From positions 185,286 to 249,285 of the forward strand of contig CAWCRB010000001.1 of assembly GCA_963797905.1 (NCBI GenBank): DNA of 64,000 bases, in the 5' to 3' direction. The DNA comes from an uncultured Solirubrobacterales bacterium. Its GTDB lineage: Bacteria > Actinomycetota > Thermoleophilia > Solirubrobacterales > Solirubrobacteraceae. The notes under the pieces are model-generated. The model searched no databases and had not been told where the DNA came from. It saw nothing but the letters and a program-made list of their open reading frames with translations. The position numbers and the translations under genes were made by a program. Positions 54,422 through 64,000 of this stretch are shown here, one piece after another. Position 1 is the first letter of the stretch. Each line of letters starts with the position of its first letter.

Positions 54422-54439
54422 CGGGTCGCTCTCGCTGAG

Positions 54440-55363
54440 GTGAGCACCCCGGAGCTGACGGACGAAGGACCGGGACGCCCGGAGGAGATCCAGGCCGTCC
54501 CGGTTCGGCGTCCCGGGAGGTGGATCGCTGCGGCGCTCGTGGTGGTCGTCGCTGCCTCGATCGTCCGTTCCGTGGTGACCAACCCGCGGTTCCAGTGGTC
54601 GGTCGTCGGTCAGTATCTGTTCGACCCGCGGATTCTCCACGGTGTCGTCGTGACCCTGGAGCTGACCGCGGTTTCGATGGTCGTGGGCATCCTGCTCGGA
54701 GTGCTCGCCGCGGTCATGCGCCTGTCTCCCAACCCGCTGGTGTCCGGTGCGAGTTGGCTGTACGTGTTCTTCTTCCGCGGGACGCCGCTGCTGGTCCAGG
54801 TCATCTTCTGGGACAACATCTCAGCCCTGTATCCGAGGATCGGCATCGGAGTCCCGTTCGGCCCGGCGCTCATTCACGCCAACGGGAACACGCTGATCAG
54901 CGGATTCACCGCGGCGGTGCTCGCCTTCGGGATCAACGAAGGGGCGTACATGTCGGAGGTCGTCCGGGCCGGCATCATCTCGGTCGACGAAGGGCAGACG
55001 GAGGCGGCCCAGTCGCTCGGCATGAGGCGGCTCGCGATCATGCGTCACATCGTGCTGCCCCAGGCCCTGCGGGTGATCCTCCCGCCGACCGGCAACGAGA
55101 CGATCTCGATGCTCAAGAACACCTCGCTGGTGTTCGCCATCGGCTCGGTGTTCGACCTGCTGTTCGAGGCCCAGCAGATCTACAACGCCAACTACTCGAT
55201 CATTCCGCTGCTGATCGTGGCCAGCCTCTGGTATCTCGCTCTCACCACGATCGCCTACATCGGCCAGTACCTGCTCGAACGCCGCGTCGGACGCGGCTTC
55301 TCGCGTGTCGCCCCGACGTCGATGCGGGACCGCTGGCTCGGATTTCGGTGGGAGCGAGGATGA
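54440..55363 (+). CDS. Polar amino acid ABC transporter permease
   Basis: [20 protein letters not shown] and GQTEAA. Confidence 0.94.
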   Translation: MSTPELTDEGPGRPEEIQAVPVRRPGRWIAAALVVVVAASIVRSVVTNPRFQWSVVGQYLFDPRILHGVVVTLELTAVSMVVGILLGVLAAVMRLSPNPLVSGASWLYVFFFRGTPLLVQVIFWDNISALYPRIGIGVPFGPALIHANGNTLISGFTAAVLAFGINEGAYMSEVVRAGIISVDEGQTEAAQSLGMRRLAIMRHIVLPQALRVILPPTGNETISMLKNTSLVFAIGSVFDLLFEAQQIYNANYSIIPLLIVASLWYLALTTIAYIGQYLLERRVGRGFSRVAPTSMRDRWLGFRWERG

Positions 55364-56124
55364 GCCCGCCGATGGTCTCCGCCCAGGGGGTACACAAGCG
55401 TTTCGGTCGCAATGAGGTCCTGCAGGGCATCGAGCTGGAGGTGGACCGGGGGCAGGTGATGTGCCTGCTTGGGCCCTCGGGTAGTGGCAAGTCAACCTTC
55501 CTGCGCTGCATCAACCACCTGGAGAAGATCAACGCCGGCCGCCTGTTGGTCGACGGTCAGCTCGTTGGCTACCGCGAGCACGGCGGCAAGCTCCACGAGC
55601 TGCACGAGCGGGACGTCGTCCGCCGGCGAGCCGAGATCGGCATGGTCTTCCAGCACTTCAACCTGTTCCCGCACATGACCGCGCGTGAGAACGTCGCGCT
55701 CGGTCCGGTGCGCGTCAAGCGCGAGTCGCGGGCGGCCGTGCGTGAGCGGGCGGATCAGTTGCTGGCCCGAGTCGGACTCTCGGACAAGTGCGACAGCTAT
55801 CCGGTGGCGCTCTCAGGCGGCCAGCAGCAGCGGGTCGCGATCGCGCGGGCGCTCGCGATGGAGCCGAAGCTGATGCTGTTCGACGAGCCGACCTCGGCCC
55901 TCGACCCCGAGTTGGTCGGAGATGTGCTCGAGACAATGCGCGGGCTGGCCGCTGACGGGATGACGATGATCGTCGTCACCCACGAGATGGGCTTCGCCCG
56001 CGAGGTCGCCGATCAGGTCGCGTTCATGGACGCCGGCCAGGTCGTGGAGAGCGGGCCGCCGAGCCAGGTGCTGAACCACCCGCGCGAGGCGCGGACCCAG
56101 TCCTTCCTGCAGAAGGTTCTCTAG
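55360..56124 (+). CDS. Polar amino acid ABC transporter ATP-binding protein
   Basis: [26 protein letters not shown] and THEMGFA. Confidence 0.95.
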   Translation: MSPPMVSAQGVHKRFGRNEVLQGIELEVDRGQVMCLLGPSGSGKSTFLRCINHLEKINAGRLLVDGQLVGYREHGGKLHELHERDVVRRRAEIGMVFQHFNLFPHMTARENVALGPVRVKRESRAAVRERADQLLARVGLSDKCDSYPVALSGGQQQRVAIARALAMEPKLMLFDEPTSALDPELVGDVLETMRGLAADGMTMIVVTHEMGFAREVADQVAFMDAGQVVESGPPSQVLNHPREARTQSFLQKVL

Positions 56125-56132
56125 AGCGCCGA

Positions 56133-56166
56133 ACGCACCGGCGCGAGAGGGGTCGCGCCGGTGCGT
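56133..56166. terminator. Stem-loop between convergent genes
   Basis: 14-bp perfect stem acgcaccggcgcga/tcgcgccggtgcgt. Confidence 0.7.
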
Positions 56167-56203
56167 GTGGCTGCGGGCCGGGGTGCACCGGCTGGCCGAT
56201 GGG

Positions 56204-56506
56204 TTACGGCTTGAACTTCGCGTCGCAGGCGGCGATCTTCGAGGTGTCGGTGCCGGCCGCGGCGATGCACGAGGTCAGGCTGGTGACGCTCGCGGGGATC
56301 GCACCCGGGTTGCTGGCATTGCTCTTGGCCACGCTCTGGTTGAGCTGCTGCTCACCCTGCTTGAGCGCCTGGTTGGCCGTGTCGATCGCGCGGTTGGCGG
56401 TGTTGTCGCTCGGCCGGATGAACGCGAAGTACACGACGACCAGGATGATGAGCGAGCAGCCCAGTGCAAACAGGCGCTGAGCAGGGGTGCGGGGGATGAC
56501 GTACAC
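56204..56506 (-). CDS. Small single-TM protein with C-terminal Cys pair
   Basis: AGGAGG RBS before GTG 56506; TM then helical region ending LTSCIAAAGTDTSKIAAC. Confidence 0.7.
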   Translation of the reverse strand: MYVIPRTPAQRLFALGCSLIILVVVYFAFIRPSDNTANRAIDTANQALKQGEQQLNQSVAKSNASNPGAIPASVTSLTSCIAAAGTDTSKIAACDAKFKP

Positions 56507-56639
56507 GGTGCCTCCTGAAGGGGGTTGATCTGTACCGGGCACGCTAAGTCCGCAACCCCGCGGCGTCAGTGTCAGAGCAGTCTCGATTGAGTCTGAGCCT
56601 GGCCGTCCCGCCTCACGGTCCGCCACGGCGGCGGGGGGC

Positions 56640-57659
56640 TCACGCCGTGCAGGCCATGATCGTCGCCGAGGCCCCCACTGCCCAGCCGTGCGTGGCGTCC
56701 CGGAACGTCATTGCGTAGACCTGCTCGCCGGATGCCGGGTCCGGGCGGATCCCGAAGCTGAGGCCAGCGTTGTCGGAGTACAGGAGGTCGCCCTGGTAGG
56801 TGCCGACCCATCCGTGCCGGAGGTCGGTGAAGGCAACCGGGACGAACCGGATGTCGTCGTGGTTGGTGGCCACGTGGCGGTGCCACGTGCGCCCGCCGTC
56901 GGTCGTCTGGGCGACCACGCCGTGGTTGGCCGAGCCGTCGTCCTCCGATCCCGCCTCCCAGCCGTGCAGCGCATCGAGGAACGTGGCCGAGGCCACGACC
57001 TCCTGCTTGGCCGGGTCGGCGGAATACGAGCGCCTCCAGGTCGCGCCGCCGTCGGGGGTCGTCAGCACAGCGCCGTCTCCGGCCACGACCCAGCCGGTCC
57101 GGGCGCCGACGAAGCCGATCCGCGAGAGGTCCTCGGTCGTCCCCGCGCTGTGTGGCGACCACGTGCGACCACCGTCGGTGCTCACCCGCATGACGCCCCT
57201 CTCGCCGACGATCAATCCGTGGCGGGCGTCGGTGAACGCGACACCGGACAGGTTGACGCCGCCGGGGACCTGCGGATCGTCCCGTGCCCAGTGCGCACCG
57301 CCGTCGACCGTGCTCAGCACGAGGCCGTCGACGCCGACGGCCCAGCCGCGACGATCATCGACGAACGAGACCGCGTCGAGACCGTCGCTGCCCGCCACCG
57401 GCTGGGCCCGCCACGTCGCACCGCCGTCGCTCGTGGCCTCGATCACCGGCCGGTCGATCCCGCCGACCGTCCACCCGTGTGTGGTGTCCGGGAAGCTCAC
57501 GCTGTTGAGGTCGTCCGAGACTCCGGCCGCCGATCGCTGGGCGTGCCAGGCGCACGCCGCCGGGCCGGGCGTGGGCGGGCCGCCGGGACCGCATCCGAGC
57601 AGCGCAACGGCCGTGATCAGCGCTGCGAGCAACGCTGCGAGCAGGCGCCCTCGGCGCAC
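56640..57659 (-). CDS. YCF48/BNR-repeat beta-propeller lipoprotein
   Basis: Lipobox LLGC; repeated F.D..HGW.VG and TxDGGxTW Asp-boxes. Confidence 0.82.
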   Translation of the reverse strand: MRRGRLLAALLAALITAVALLGCGPGGPPTPGPAACAWHAQRSAAGVSDDLNSVSFPDTTHGWTVGGIDRPVIEATSDGGATWRAQPVAGSDGLDAVSFVDDRRGWAVGVDGLVLSTVDGGAHWARDDPQVPGGVNLSGVAFTDARHGLIVGERGVMRVSTDGGRTWSPHSAGTTEDLSRIGFVGARTGWVVAGDGAVLTTPDGGATWRRSYSADPAKQEVVASATFLDALHGWEAGSEDDGSANHGVVAQTTDGGRTWHRHVATNHDDIRFVPVAFTDLRHGWVGTYQGDLLYSDNAGLSFGIRPDPASGEQVYAMTFRDATHGWAVGASATIMACTA

Positions 57660-57807
57660 GCGGGCATCGTCGCATGACCCGGGAGGGCGGTCAAACGACA
57701 GGCGCGTGACCGCCTCGGACCCGCTTCACTGGGCGGCCGGGACACCGCAACTTGACGCGTACGGGGCTGTTGTAAGTCATTCGAGACCCCGAACGGAGGA
57801 TCACGTT

Positions 57808-59112
57808 TTGCGAAAGCTGAAAGGCATGTTCCCGCTCGCGGCGACGACCGCCGTCCTGGCGACTGTTGCCGCCGTGGCGCTCGCGGCCGGACCGCCGAGT
57901 GTCACCACCGACCACGCCACCAACCAGGGCAACTCCAGCGCGACGCTGAACGGGACCGTCAACCCCAACGGCCAGGCGACCCAGTACGCCTTCCAGTGGG
58001 GCCCCACCTCCGGCTACGGCCATGAGACCACGCTCACATCGGCCGGCGCCGGGAGCTCGCAGCTCTCCGAGTCGGCCGCCGTCACCGGGCTGAACCCCGG
58101 GACGACCTATCACTACCGGACGATCGCGATCAACGCGTCCGGCACCTCGGTCGGACCCGACTCCAACTTCACGACGACCGGCACCGCGCCGGCGCCGAGT
58201 CCGGCGCCCACCGTCGGAGGCGGATCGTCCTCGAAGGTCACCGCCACGACGGCCAACGTCGCTGCGACGGTGATCCCGAACGGTCAGTCGACGACGTACC
58301 TGTTCGAGTACGGGACGACGTCGGACTACGGCTTCCAGACGACCCCGGCCAGCGCGGGCTCGGGCAGTTCGAGCATCGACGGCTCGGGCGGCCTGGCCAA
58401 CCTCCAGTCCGGGACCACCTATCACTACCGGGTGGTCGCCTACAGCACGGGTGGGACGACGCTCGGCACCGACCACACGTTCACGACGCTGAAGCCTCCG
58501 TCGCCGACGACCGGCTCGGCGAGCGGGGTCGATTCCGCCGACGCGACGCTCAGCGGCGTGATCAACCCCAACGGGCACACCACGAGCTACCAGTTCCAGT
58601 TCGGCACGACGCCGTTCCTCGGCCTGAACACCCCGCCGGCCGGGATCGGCTCGGGCACCGGGCAGGTGGCCGTGCACCAGCAGATCACCGGCCTGGCCGC
58701 GAACACGACGTACTACTACCGGCTGATCGGCTCGAGCTCGAGCGGCACGGGGTACGGCCAGACGCTGACCTTCAAGACCGCGGGTGGCCCGCAGGTCACC
58801 TCGAAGGCCCGGCTGCTGGTCAACTTCGGCTTCGTGGCGACGAACAACGTCGTCGGCATCGGCACCGGCTGCTTCGGCGGCCAGACCTCCTGCACCGGCA
58901 AGATGACGCTGACCGTCGGCAGGACGACGTACGCCTCGCGGATGTTCACCCTCGCGGCCAACGACGGCGGGTTCGTCCACACGACGATCTCGGCCGCCGG
59001 CCGCAGGACCCTGTTCCGTCATTACCACGGTCCGGTGAGGATCCGAGTCAACGTGACGCTGGCCAACGGGCAGAAGCTCAGCACGGTGCTGCTCTTCGCC
59101 CTCTACAGCTAG
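57808..59112 (+). CDS. Secreted protein with three FN3-like repeats and a C-terminal beta domain
   Basis: GGAGGA RBS, TTG start, signal peptide; three repeats ATLxGxVNPNG..T.Y.F.YG...LxxGTTYHYR. Confidence 0.82.
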   Translation: MRKLKGMFPLAATTAVLATVAAVALAAGPPSVTTDHATNQGNSSATLNGTVNPNGQATQYAFQWGPTSGYGHETTLTSAGAGSSQLSESAAVTGLNPGTTYHYRTIAINASGTSVGPDSNFTTTGTAPAPSPAPTVGGGSSSKVTATTANVAATVIPNGQSTTYLFEYGTTSDYGFQTTPASAGSGSSSIDGSGGLANLQSGTTYHYRVVAYSTGGTTLGTDHTFTTLKPPSPTTGSASGVDSADATLSGVINPNGHTTSYQFQFGTTPFLGLNTPPAGIGSGTGQVAVHQQITGLAANTTYYYRLIGSSSSGTGYGQTLTFKTAGGPQVTSKARLLVNFGFVATNNVVGIGTGCFGGQTSCTGKMTLTVGRTTYASRMFTLAANDGGFVHTTISAAGRRTLFRHYHGPVRIRVNVTLANGQKLSTVLLFALYS

Positions 59113-59150
59113 CCGAACACAAGCGACCCCAGGGCTGGGGCGAGCGGGAG

Positions 59151-59180
59151 GGGCGAGGGCGCTGGGGGGCGCCCTCGCCC
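59151..59180 (+). terminator. Stem-loop after FN3 gene
   Basis: 12-bp stem gggcgagggcgc/gcgccctcgccc. Confidence 0.6.
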
Positions 59181-59200
59181 CGGGTCATCCCGTACCTTGA

Positions 59201-59503
59201 GTGGGGCTCGTGAGCACCCTCGACGCTCTTCCCAACATCACCCGCACCGACCAGGACGACTTCGGCGAGATCTTCCGCCGCAACATGCCCTACGGCACGG
59301 TCTCCGACCACGGGACGGTGTTCGTGGGCTTCGCTTCGGCGCAGGCCATGCTCCACCAGATGATCGAGAACATGGCCGGCCTGCGCGGGCCGCGTGACGC
59401 CATCACCCACTACACGGCAACGCTCACGGGCGCGTACTACTTCGTGCCCCCGGTGGCGGCGATCCGCTCGCTCGCGAGTGCCGAGGCGCTCGAGAGCCCG
59501 TAA
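59201..59503 (+). pseudogene. C-terminal remnant of a DyP-type peroxidase
   Basis: IFRRNMPYG, GTVFVGF and TGAYYFVP. The N-terminal part with GxxDG and the proximal His is absent. Confidence 0.7.
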
Positions 59504-59513
59504 CCTGCGGCCC

Positions 59514-61133
<1,620 letters not shown>

Positions 61134-61148
61134 CCAGGAGTCCGTCGC

Positions 61149-61646
61149 ATGCTCGTTCCCGCCGTCCAGTTCAGCGATGTCGTGCTCGGAATCCACATCC
61201 TGGCCGTGGTCGTCGCGTTCGGGGTGACGTTCGCGTACCCGCTGCTCGGGGCGGTCGTCTCCCGGGCCGATCCGCGCTCGACGCCGCTGCTCCACCGGAT
61301 GCAGCACACGATCGGCACGCGGCTCATCAATCCCGGCCTGCTCGTGGTCGTCATCGCCGGGATCTACCTGGCTAGCGACGAGCACGTCTGGAAGGACTTC
61401 TACGTTCAGTGGGGGATCGGGATCTCGGTCTTCCTCGGTGCCGTCGGGGGCGCGTACATGGCCCCCCAGGAGCGCAAGCTCATCGAGCTCTCCGAGCGTG
61501 ACGTCAACGCCGCCGCCGGGGGCGAGGTCTCCTTCAGTGACGAGTACGTCGCCCTCGCCCGCCGGGTCTCGATGATCGGCGCCGGCCTGAGCCTGCTCGT
61601 GGTGGCCACGATCTTCATCATGGCCCTCCACGTCGGCGCCAGCTGA
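61149..61646 (+). CDS. Four-TM membrane protein (DUF2269-like)
   Basis: HILAVVVAFG, GIYL and a terminal hydrophobic helix. Confidence 0.65.
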   Translation: MLVPAVQFSDVVLGIHILAVVVAFGVTFAYPLLGAVVSRADPRSTPLLHRMQHTIGTRLINPGLLVVVIAGIYLASDEHVWKDFYVQWGIGISVFLGAVGGAYMAPQERKLIELSERDVNAAAGGEVSFSDEYVALARRVSMIGAGLSLLVVATIFIMALHVGAS

Positions 61647-61676
61647 CCCCGGAGGGGTCGCGCCGACCCCGCTGTC

Positions 61677-62831
61677 TCAATCGGACGGTATGAGCGCCGC
61701 GGCCTCTCGCTCGCCCTCGGTCCGGAACACCGGACCGCGGTAGGCGGCGGGCTTCGGTCGTGACCTGCCGCCGGGAAGGGCCAGGCGGAGGATGGTGCGC
61801 TGCACCTGCCCAAGCTGACGCAGGAAGGGGCCGGTGTTGTAGGGAAGGCCGTAGCGTTCGCAGATCTCCCGAACCCGGGGAGCGACCTCCCCGTAACGAG
61901 TGCTCGGCATGTCGGGGAAGAGGTGGTGCTCGACCTGGTAGCCGAGGTTCCCGCTGATGACATGGAACAGCGGGCTGCCGTCAATGTTGGCCGCACCGAG
62001 CAGCTGGCGGACGTAGCGCGCTCCGTCGCTCTCGGACTCGTACTCCTCGGCGGTGAACGTGTAGGTCTGGTCCGGGAAGTGGCCGCAGAAGATGATCGCG
62101 TAGGACCACACATTGCGGACGATGTTGGCGGTGAAGTTGGCTCCCAGTGTGGTCAGGAACGAGGGGCCGCTGAGTGCGGGCCAGAGGACGTAGTCCTTGA
62201 CGATCTGTCGCCGGGCCTTGCCCAGGATGCCGCGGAAGTCCTTGGCCACCTGCCACAGCGACTTCTCGCCCGCTCGCACAGCGGTGAAGTCGAGGTCGTG
62301 CAGCGCCACCCCCCACTCGAAGAACGCCATCAGGAGCAGGTTGTACAGGGGCTGCAGAAGGTAGACGGGACTCCATTCCTGGTCGGGATCGATGCGCATG
62401 ATCTCGTAGCCGAGATCGCGGTCCAGGCCGAGGACGTTCGTGTAGGTGTGATGGATGAAGTTGTGTGAGTGCTTCCACGCCTCCTTGGTCGAGGCGGTGT
62501 CCCAGTCCCACACGCGAGAGTTGACGACCGGGTCGTTCATCCAGTCCCACTGGCCGTGCATGACGTTGTGGCCGATCTCCATGTTCTCCAGGATCTTGGC
62601 CAGGGAGAGAACGGCCGTGCCCGCCAGCCACGCGGGTGGGAACAGCGACGGCAGGAGCAGTGCCCGCCCACCGACGGCGAGTTTGCGGTGCATCGCGATC
62701 ATGCTCCGGATGTAGCGTGCATCGCGATCGCCCACGCTGTCGAACACCTCGTCGTGCAGCCGGTCGAACTCCCGCCCGATCTCGTCGATCTGCTCGGCGG
62801 ACAGGCGGTCAAGGGGGTGTACGTCTGACAT
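61677..62831 (-). CDS. Membrane acyl-CoA desaturase (DesA3-like)
   Basis: His boxes HNVMH, HNFIHH and QVEHH. Confidence 0.92.
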   Translation of the reverse strand: MSDVHPLDRLSAEQIDEIGREFDRLHDEVFDSVGDRDARYIRSMIAMHRKLAVGGRALLLPSLFPPAWLAGTAVLSLAKILENMEIGHNVMHGQWDWMNDPVVNSRVWDWDTASTKEAWKHSHNFIHHTYTNVLGLDRDLGYEIMRIDPDQEWSPVYLLQPLYNLLLMAFFEWGVALHDLDFTAVRAGEKSLWQVAKDFRGILGKARRQIVKDYVLWPALSGPSFLTTLGANFTANIVRNVWSYAIIFCGHFPDQTYTFTAEEYESESDGARYVRQLLGAANIDGSPLFHVISGNLGYQVEHHLFPDMPSTRYGEVAPRVREICERYGLPYNTGPFLRQLGQVQRTILRLALPGGRSRPKPAAYRGPVFRTEGEREAAALIPSD

Positions 62832-62836
62832 CTGAT

Positions 62837-64000
62837 TCAGATCCTTTCCACGTCGCTGTGCACTGAACCGAATGAGTAGTCATCGATCGGGAATGTGCGA
62901 GCGGCATCCCACGCCTGCCGGGAGCTGGTGGGCCGCAGGAACGGCGTGTCCCCGTGGCGATCGAAGTAGTAGCTGTTCGCCGAGGCGCAGGATCCCGAGT
63001 GCCACAGCGAACGCGACAGCCGTCGCACGGCGAACTCGGTCCAGCGCTCAGCGGCTCGCGGCCTCACCTCCACGACGCTCGCCTGACGCCGGCGGGCTTC
63101 CTGGATGACGCGCACGATGTGGTGCGCGGCGGTCTCCACCAGGACGTGCCACGTACCGCCCGTCCAGCCGTAGGGACCGAAGATCATGAAGTGGTTGGGC
63201 AGCCCCGGCATGCTCACGCTCTCGTACGAGCGGACCCGGTTCTCGGCGTAGAAGGCGGCGAGGTCGAACCCGTCGCGGCCGCGGACGGGATTCTGGCGAT
63301 AGTTCTCCGGATCGGTGGCCATCCGGAAGCCCGTCGCGAGGACCAGCACGTCGGTCGTCCGCTCGCGGCCGTCGACGGTCCGAATCCCGGTTGCCGTGAT
63401 GCGATCGATCGGCTCTGAAACCAGTTCCACGTGGCGTCGATTGAACGTCCGCAGATATGAATTCGACACGGATGGCCTCTTGCAGCCGATCTCGTAGCCG
63501 GGGGTCAACCGTCGACGGACGTCCGGTTCACGAACCTGCGCCCGATACCAGACGTTCCGGGCCAGCCAGCCGCCGGCGCGAGTGATCCAGCCGAACCTCT
63601 GGTGGTCCACCACCAGCCCAACCAGCCCCGCCTCGACTCCCCGGGTCACGCCCGCCCTGACGAGGCCCTGGAGTTTGGGGAACCGGTGGAACAACCAGCG
63701 CGCGGCACGCGGCGTGCGCCAGTCGAGCTTCGGCCCCACCCAGATCGGTGTTCGCTGGTAGACGTCGAGGCGGGCGACCTCCTTGGCGATCTCGGGCACG
63801 ATCTGCACGGCGCTGGCCCCGGTTCCGATCACCGCGACGCGCTTGCCCCGCAGCATCACCGACGGATCCCAGGCCGCGGAGCGGAGCACAGCGCCCTGGA
63901 AGCTCGCCAGGCCCTCGATCGTGGGCTCGACGGGATTGACGAACGCGCCGACCGCGCTGATCACGAACCGTGCGGTCATCTCCCCGTCAGGGAGCTCGAG
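62837..64000 (-). CDS. Flavin-containing (Baeyer-Villiger-type) monooxygenase, 5' partial
   Basis: VIGTGASAVQ, YQRTPIW, GCKR, VLATGF and PNHF; the frame continues past the window end. Confidence 0.88.
   Translation of the reverse strand, partial: LELPDGEMTARFVISAVGAFVNPVEPTIEGLASFQGAVLRSAAWDPSVMLRGKRVAVIGTGASAVQIVPEIAKEVARLDVYQRTPIWVGPKLDWRTPRAARWLFHRFPKLQGLVRAGVTRGVEAGLVGLVVDHQRFGWITRAGGWLARNVWYRAQVREPDVRRRLTPGYEIGCKRPSVSNSYLRTFNRRHVELVSEPIDRITATGIRTVDGRERTTDVLVLATGFRMATDPENYRQNPVRGRDGFDLAAFYAENRVRSYESVSMPGLPNHFMIFGPYGWTGGTWHVLVETAAHHIVRVIQEARRRQASVVEVRPRAAERWTEFAVRRLSRSLWHSGSCASANSYYFDRHGDTPFLRPTSSRQAWDAARTFPIDDYSFGSVHSDVERI

Noticed and set aside
59190-59210. In-frame TGA before the DyP fragment as a selenocysteine codon
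   Set aside because: The upstream sequence is a terminator hairpin with no DyP similarity, and the position is not a Cys site. I found no convincing selenoprotein or tRNA-Sec in the window.

Overview
High-GC chromosomal core region of an actinobacterium, most likely Thermoleophilia/Solirubrobacterales (inferred from gene content and protein style, not from a search). In order it carries: a SigB/SigF general-stress cluster (anti-sigma, STAS, sigma factor, topoisomerase IB, CsbD, with GTTT-N15-GGGTAG promoters); pepT and purA; rpsF-ssb-rpsR-rplI-dnaB followed by a DnaC/DnaI-like loader; trehalose genes; a two-component system divergent from an M28-like membrane protein plus sortase; a FlgM-like ORF behind a hairpin-rich spacer; thiL, infA, a class A PBP, an L,D-transpeptidase and pyrE; two tandem GT-C-like membrane paralogs; tRNA-Arg(CCT); a Dpp/Opp ABC transporter; GH79, beta-propeller lipoproteins and uxs-wcaJ; moaDE-selA-selB; a polar amino acid ABC transporter; an FN3 surface protein, a DyP remnant, methylmalonyl-CoA mutase, a desaturase and a flavin monooxygenase. 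About ten genes are broken by single frameshifts, probably long-read indel errors. I saw no CRISPR array, IS, integrase or prophage. The best candidates for undescribed biology are the pseudo-M28 (GPAA1-like architecture)/sortase pair, the shortened and divergent SelB in a moaDE-selA-selB operon, the structured spacer before the FlgM-like gene, and the tandem GT-C-like genes together with the poly-Ser/Thr lipoproteins. All of these functional proposals are inferences.
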